A DNA stretch of 7,527 bases from a virus (lineage: Duplodnaviria; Heunggongvirae; Uroviricota; Caudoviricetes). Both the position numbers and the translations under genes were made by a program. The stretch lies in the IMG/VR virus record IMGVR_UViG_2609460218_000012. One strand, written 5' to 3'. The notes beneath the pieces are model-generated. The model was given only the letters and a program-made list of their open reading frames with translations, was not told the DNA's origin and did not search any database. Within the stretch, counting starts at the first letter, position 1. Every line of letters starts with the position of its first letter. Positions 7,260 through 7,527 of the stretch are shown here, piece after piece.

Positions 7260-7527
7260 TGACCTGCCCCCACGATTAGATACAACACTCAGTTAGTAAC
7301 GTCGGAATCTTCATTCTCAGAATGACCCTTTCTCCAGCCCGCTGCAAATTCAGACGGTGTCTGATAATTCAGCGTGGAGTGCGGGCGGCATTCGTTATAA
7401 TCCTGCCGCCAGTCATTAATAATTTTCCTGGCATGAACGATATCGCTGAACCAGTGCTCATTCAAACATTCATCGCGAAATCGTCCGTTAAAGCTCTCAA
7501 TAAATCCGTTCTGCGTTGGCTTGCCCG
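7260..7527 (-). mobile_element. IS3-family insertion sequence, IS2-like, partial: right end (IRR) and OrfB 3' end; body continues beyond window end
   Basis: Encodes the C-terminus of an IS3-family OrfB on the minus strand. Outside-in terminal sequence TGACCTGCCCCCACGA (from 7260) is an imperfect inverted match to the IS2 IRL TAGACTGGCCCCCTGA. Same orientation as the IS2 fragment at 1..166. Exact terminus uncertain by 1 to 2 bp. Confidence 0.8.
7289..7527 (-). CDS. insD: IS3-family transposase OrfB (IS2 InsD-like), C-terminal fragment; continues off the window edge
   Basis: Minus-strand translation [78 protein letters not shown] then stop (TGA at 7291..7289). The [20 protein letters not shown] block is characteristic of the IS3-family OrfB C-terminus. 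Assignment to IS2 specifically is from recollection. Confidence 0.8.
   Translation of the reverse strand, partial: GKPTQNGFIESFNGRFRDECLNEHWFSDIVHARKIINDWRQDYNECRPHSTLNYQTPSEFAAGWRKGHSENEDSDVTN

Noticed and set aside
7234-7262. TATAAT hexamer at the IS/trkG junction as a complete sigma70 promoter
   Set aside because: No acceptable -35 hexamer (TTGACA-like) at 16 to 18 bp spacing. Candidates at that position (tctaat, ctaatc) are poor. Kept only as a speculative hybrid-promoter finding, not a feature.

Overview
The window reads as a 7.1 kb segment of a lambdoid (Rac-type) enterobacterial prophage, bounded at both edges by partial copies of an IS2-type insertion sequence in the same orientation. 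All credible genes are on the minus strand. In order of transcription (high to low coordinates) they are: an IS3-family transposase OrfB 3' end and IS right end (7260..7527); the K+ uptake gene trkG (5773..7233), visibly AT-rich compared with its neighbours; a hairpin terminator; a translationally coupled pair encoding a ParB/Srx-like nuclease-domain protein (4844..5635) and a GT-A-like glycosyltransferase-like protein with a DxD motif (3919..4851); a small HTH-like protein (3732..3983); terminase small subunit (2634..3728); terminase large subunit (1352..2653); and a putative portal gene (164..1349) whose 3' end is cut off by the IS2 left end (1..166). Ambiguous bases (n) in homopolymer runs coincide with apparent frameshifts in trkG and the portal gene and are most likely sequencing artefacts. 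The most interesting candidate is the ParB-like/glycosyltransferase-like pair just upstream of the packaging genes, which may be a phage DNA-modification or anti-defence module. I cannot show from sequence alone that it is novel. Plus-strand ORFs in the track are all antisense to these genes and are judged spurious. No tRNA, rRNA or CRISPR was recognised.
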